Positions 60,501 to 64,000 of a stretch of DNA of 64,000 bases are shown one piece after another. The notes under the pieces were generated by a model. It was not told where the DNA came from and ran no database searches. It saw only the letters and a list, made by a program, of their open reading frames with translations. The stretch is from contig NIVC01001004.1 of the NCBI GenBank assembly GCA_002269645.1, forward strand, positions 72,382 through 136,381, written 5' to 3'. The position numbers and the translations under genes were made by a program. The DNA comes from Macrostomum lignano. Taxonomy: Eukaryota. Positions within the stretch are counted from its first letter, which is position 1. Every line of letters starts with the position of its first letter.

Positions 60501-63500
60501 AGCACCACCGGGTCGGCACTCACGTTGCAGACGCCCACTGGGAGATTTCCGTCTACGCTGGAGACCACCAGAGCCCTGTTTGGCAGCAGGCCAGTCTTGT
60601 CGATAAAATCTGAGCTGGGCTCGAATAGACCCTGCTCGACAGACGATGGCACTTTGGCTGGGATGATGACGCGGCTGCGGGCTGGAATGGACACGGTGCT
60701 GGCAACTCTGGCAATCACGGCGGTGGGCACCACTCGGCAAGCCTGCGAGGAGCTCCTGTCCGGCAAGATCGAGATCCTGGTTGACCCCAGCTGGACGGAA
60801 GACGCCGGGAGATTGACGCTAAAACTTGAGCACATTTTCCCGATGGCGTCCATACCGAGCACGCATTCCGGCTGAATCCCGGCAACCACCATTACCTGGT
60901 GCTCCACGGATGGCAGTCCCTCTAGCTGTATCGCTAGCGTTGCACTCGCCGGAGACTCCAAGCGTCGACCATCGATTCCGACCGGAGTGCTGATAGGAGG
61001 ATGAAGCTGAGCATCGACTTCTAGAACTCGAAGCAGCGCAGCTGAAACTAAAGTTACCTGTGCGCCAGTGTCGAACAGCCACCTGCAGGGCCGGCCAGCA
61101 ATGCTGCCGGGCAGAAATATTGAGACGGTTTGGGCCTTGCTAGGCAGGGCTGGTGATGGCCCGCGCTCACCAGTCCTCAGAAGTTTCCCGAAGCCGGAGT
61201 CGGGCAGACCTCGGCCCGGTGTCCTCTGCCTGAGCAGCGGCTGCACACAGACGGCACAGCTGGAGCGACTTGCTTGCCTGGACACTGAGCAGCGAAATGA
61301 CCGGGCTGAGCGCAGTTGAAGCATTTTCCACGGGTGCTGCCTCTTCCACGAGCTGCATTCCTTCGCCCACCGCGCTGTCCTCCGCGGCTGCCAATGGTGG
61401 CGACTGTCGCAGCCAGATCCGCCAACTGCTCTTGCATTTGCTCCAGCCGGTCAGTCACTTGGCTGCTCACCGATGTCACTGCGACGCTTACCGGGGCTCC
61501 TTTGCTGCCGATGCTCTCCAGCGCTGTGGCGCGGTCTGCCAGCTGTTCAGGACTGCTGCTGTCATAATCCGAAGCTTTCAACAGAGCCTCACGGATCTCT
61601 GTCGGCAGCAGAGCTAGCAGTCGGTGTCGCACTTCGCAATCTCTCACCGTTTGAGCGTGCTCCGGGCGTGCCTTTCGGTACAGAAGCTTGAGTGCGTAGC
61701 ACAGCTCCCTCAGCGACTCTCCTTGGCGTCGCTTCCGGCTCTCGAACTCAGACATAGCGCGAAAAGTGTTATCCTTGCCTCTGTAGAACTTGACGAGTTC
61801 GTCCTTTAAGATCTTGTAGCTGCTCTGTTTGGCCGCTGGCAGGTCCCAGACGAACACGAGGGCTTCACCTGAAAGAAGCAGCTTGATCTTGGATGCCATC
61901 TTGGTGTCGTTCCACTCAGAATCTGCTGCAAAGTCCTCAAACATCTGCAGCCACATGTTGATATCGGTATCGTCAGAGCCAGAAAACTTTGGCGGTAAAA
62001 GTGCATTTGCGTGCGCCATGAGTGAGCCGGTTTGCAACTGAGGCCGCTGCCACCAATGTAAACTAAGAGAAGGCGAGAGTTAAGCGAGACCAAAAACACA
62101 CGAAGTGGCTAAAGCCACGCGCAACGATTTATATATTTGCAATGTACATCAATCAATGTACATCGCGATTATTTGCAGATGAATAACTCCGACCCAATAA
62201 CAACCACACAACAGCGAAAACATTCACGCCTCTTACAGTACACTCAATCGACATATTATCTTTAACTCCTCTCAACCCCTGCCTAACCCAGATGCATACT
62301 CACCTTAGCTGCATCCAAGCTCACCGCAGGAAGCAAAACTTCTAAATCGGGATTTAGAAATTCCAGCATTAGCCGGGCTCCAATGCAATCCTCGGGTTGA
62401 TCTCTAAATCGAAAAAAAATTATTAATAATCAGTTACTAGAAACAAAAATATAGTTTAATGAATTAAAATCCCAAACAAATTTATTCAAAACATTGGCAC
62501 ACTCGATAAGTTCGGCGCAAAACTCAAGAATTTTTTGCTTCTGCAACTGGCTGGCATTCTGGGCGCTTTCAGAAGTCTGCAAGATGAACGCGGCTTCTCG
62601 GGCCAAGTGCTGGCAGATGTCTTCGCTGTCCTGCTTGAATTCCAGGCACTTGTCAATCTGCAGTGCAAATTTAGTACAGTAGTATATCGTAATTTATTAG
62701 GTTATAAGTATATTATTTGGATTTCTCTATCAACCGCCCGTTATTTCTAGTTATCCACTCAACTTTCCCAAGTTATCCGCCCCCCTTTTTAAAGTTATCC
62801 GCCCATTTCTCAGGTTACCGCGCAATTTCCCAAGTTATCCCCGCCTTTCCGAAGTTATCCGCCTTTCTCAGGTTATCCGCCAATTTTCCCAAATTATCCG
62901 CCGCCTTTCCGAAGTTATCCGCTCCGGCTCCCATTCCCAAGTTATCCGCCGCCTTTCCCAAGTTATCCGCTCCGGCATTCCCAAGTTATCCGCCGCCTTT
63001 CCCAAGTTATCCGCTCCATTCCAAGTTATCCGCCAATTTCCCAAGTTATCCGCCACTTTCACAAGTTATCCGCTCCCATTCCAAGTTATCCGCCAATTTC
63101 CCAAGTTATCCGCCACTTTCACAAGTTATCCGTTATCTGTCCAACTTTCTAGTTATTAAAAAAACTACTTAATGCAAATTACAACTTTATTTTCTCAGAA
63201 TCCAACCTTATTCACCCATTCTCCCAGCAAAGCTCTCACAAGGTCTTCCACTAGATTACCGGCGGACTCAAACACCAGGGTGTACAAGGTGCTCAACGGC
63301 CGGCCGCCACCAGCTGTCGCCTCTTCGTCAGCGTCGGCAGCAGAGGACACCAGCAGCAGGCCGCGGTCGTGAGCTGCAACCGCAAAAATTCCAGGAAACA
63401 TCTGCGACCCTATGAGCAGATTGGCACGGCAGTTGATAACGGACCGGAGTCTGAGACGACTCGGAAATGACAGAAGACAGACGACACAGGGGCTGGTGTG

Positions 63501-63515
63501 TCGTGTACGATTCCA
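51580..63515 (-). CDS. Multi-exon gene of unknown function, 5' end not identified, roughly 570 aa or more. Exons about 63515(or 63564)-63207, 62657-62503, 62403-62304, 56785-56702, 56616-56278, 55270-55124(or 55076), 52753-52634, 52041-51580
   Basis: Eight GC-rich open segments are bounded by AG/GT sites, and their phases chain into one frame ending RDELTRLLAAQLAE*. The product is Leu-rich and helical-repeat-like. Several donors are weak. Confidence 0.7.
52142..52550. repeat. 15-bp minisatellite (GGTGCTGGCGCCCCT)n, about 27 units, GGCGCC core
   Basis: Read directly. It lies in the intron 52042-52633 of the - strand gene. Confidence 0.95.
53593..54962. mobile_element. Non-autonomous hAT (Charlie-type) element
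   Basis: TIRs CAGGGGTCGGGCA and TGTCCGACCCCTG (12/13). Near-perfect 8-bp TSD GTCTAAAA/GTCTAAAC resembling the NTCTAGAN target preference of Charlie-type hATs. Subterminal GGGCCRCA motifs at both ends. Confidence 0.85.
53690..54830. repeat. About 1.1-kb polypurine (GGAGA/GAGGG) low-complexity tract inside the hAT element
   Basis: Read directly. It is almost free of pyrimidines on the + strand. Confidence 0.95.
55400..55605 (+). repeat. Degenerate TTAGGG/TTAGGT telomere-like tract
   Basis: Many 6-7-nt TTAGGN variants over about 200 bp, with few perfect units. Confidence 0.55.
55768..56066. repeat. 17-bp minisatellite (TGTCACTGACAGTCAAA / TCTCACTGACAGTCAAA)n, about 17 units
   Basis: Read directly. 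Confidence 0.95.
56870..57278. repeat. Alternating 58/55-bp minisatellite (ATGTACACTCGATGACTCATTCAATCTCTTATCTCCTCTG...), about 7 units, interrupted by the LTR element
   Basis: TCGATGAC recurs at 56883, 56941, 56996 and 57109. A degenerate unit resumes as GTACACTC at 62238. Confidence 0.9.
57279..57459 (-). repeat. 3' LTR (181 bp)
   Basis: Identical to 62057-62237 by eye. Confidence 0.97.
57463..57472 (-). promoter_or_regulatory. Polypurine tract AGGGAAGGAG
   Basis: Purine run 3 nt upstream of the 3' LTR on the element strand. Confidence 0.85.
57567..61189 (-). CDS. pol: Pol polyprotein (protease, reverse transcriptase, RNase H, integrase), in the -1 frame relative to gag, with one 1-bp deletion near 57884 in the integrase C-terminus
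   Basis: Motifs: LFDTGA, LDLRQGF, YMDD, CDSS..ELLAV..TDHKPL, H-H-C-C, VDIKGP/SDQG/VERFNRTL, SPY. The tail WLGPYRV...RRSARTRRPPDFY continues in the 57567-57857 frame. Confidence 0.93.
61177..62019 (-). CDS. gag: Gag, 280 aa from ATG 62019, with two CCHC zinc knuckles
   Basis: CFNCAQPGHFAAQC and CSRCSGRGHRAEVC. The ORF starts just after the PBS. Confidence 0.93.
   Translation of the reverse strand: MAHANALLPPKFSGSDDTDINMWLQMFEDFAADSEWNDTKMASKIKLLLSGEALVFVWDLPAAKQSSYKILKDELVKFYRGKDNTFRAMSEFESRKRRQGESLRELCYALKLLYRKARPEHAQTVRDCEVRHRLLALLPTEIREALLKASDYDSSSPEQLADRATALESIGSKGAPVSVAVTSVSSQVTDRLEQMQEQLADLAATVATIGSRGGQRGGRRNAARGRGSTRGKCFNCAQPGHFAAQCPGKQVAPAVPSVCSRCSGRGHRAEVCPTPASGNF
61183..61189 (-). 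promoter_or_regulatory. -1 ribosomal frameshift slippery site G_GGA_AAC
   Basis: An in-phase X_XXY_YYZ heptamer just before the gag stop (one codon between). A -1 slip enters the pol frame, and a downstream stem is present. Confidence 0.85.
62044..62055 (-). promoter_or_regulatory. Primer binding site TGGTGGCAGCGG (tRNA-Leu type)
   Basis: It lies 1 nt from the 5' LTR and is complementary to CCGCTGCCACCA, the recalled 3' end of metazoan tRNA-Leu(AAG). Confidence 0.8.
62057..62237 (-). repeat. 5' LTR (181 bp)
   Basis: Adjacent to the PBS. It contains a TATATAAA box on the element strand. Confidence 0.97.
62750..63135. repeat. Degenerate ~20-bp minisatellite with an AAGTTATCCG core
   Basis: Read directly; intronic. 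Confidence 0.88.
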
Positions 63516-63591
63516 CTAAGTCTGTGGACATTGTGTGCAGCAGTCCGTCTGCGCCTATCACAGCCTGTCAATTTGATTATAGATAAGAATC

Positions 63592-63953
63592 ATGACTGAC
63601 ACTGTCTGACCAATATGGATAGTCTATGACTGACACTGTCTGACCAATATGGATAGTCTATGACTGACACTGTCTGACCAATATGGATAGTCTATGACTG
63701 ACACTGTCTGACCAATATGGATAGTCTATGACTGACACTGTCTGACCAATATGGATAGTCTATGACTGACACTGTCTGACCAATATGGATAGTCTATGAC
63801 TGACACTGTCTGACCAATATGGATAGTCTATGACTGACACTGTCTGACCAATATGGATAGTCTATGACTGACACTGTCTGACCAATATGGATAGTCTATG
63901 ACTGACACTGTCTGACCAATATAGATAGTCTATGACTGACAGTGTCTGACCAA
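63592..63953. repeat. 34-bp minisatellite (ATGACTGACACTGTCTGACCAATATGGATAGTCT)n, about 10 units
   Basis: Read directly. Confidence 0.95.
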
Positions 63954-64000
63954 CAAATGCTAATTTTAATTTATACAAAACTCTCACAGAGGACACATCA

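Larger units (their letters stand above)
57279..62237 (-). mobile_element. Full-length Ty3/gypsy LTR retrotransposon, 4,959 bp
   Basis: Two identical 181-bp TG...CA LTRs (57279-57459 and 62057-62237). 4-bp TSD GTAC (57275-57278 and 62238-62241). PBS, PPT, gag, and pol in PR-RT-RH-IN order. Confidence 0.98.

Noticed and set aside
57573-61809. Numerous + strand ORFs of 60-218 aa antisense to gag/pol
   Set aside because: These are expected shadows of a GC-rich coding strand, with no recognisable motifs.

Overview
This is eukaryotic, metazoan, repeat-rich genomic DNA with spliceosomal introns; it is not prokaryotic and contains no CRISPR array. The minisatellite-filled introns resemble the flatworm Macrostomum, but that is an unverified impression. 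The first 26.5 kb is an 18-bp satellite (1-6264 and 21327-26525). It is interrupted by a 15,062-bp segment (6265-21326) that splits the satellite's higher-order pattern exactly in register, leaving an extra CCCC. That segment has degenerate inverted ends rich in ATGACRC motifs, a small two-exon ORF, a 19-bp minisatellite and about 101 apparently identical 118-bp tandem units. It is the best candidate for an undescribed element. Next come eIF3k (+, 3 coding exons, with a fold-back-like element and a mariner in intron 1) and an MFSD2-like transporter (+, 6 coding exons, every intron carrying tandem repeats). A convergent multi-exon gene of unknown function follows on the - strand. Its introns hold a hAT MITE and a young Ty3/gypsy element with identical 181-bp LTRs, a GTAC target duplication, a tRNA-Leu PBS and a GGGAAAC -1 frameshift signal. 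The long ORFs in the track over repeat arrays are translation artefacts. All gene models and alignments were made by eye. The single-base frameshifts mostly sit in short homopolymers and may be assembly errors.
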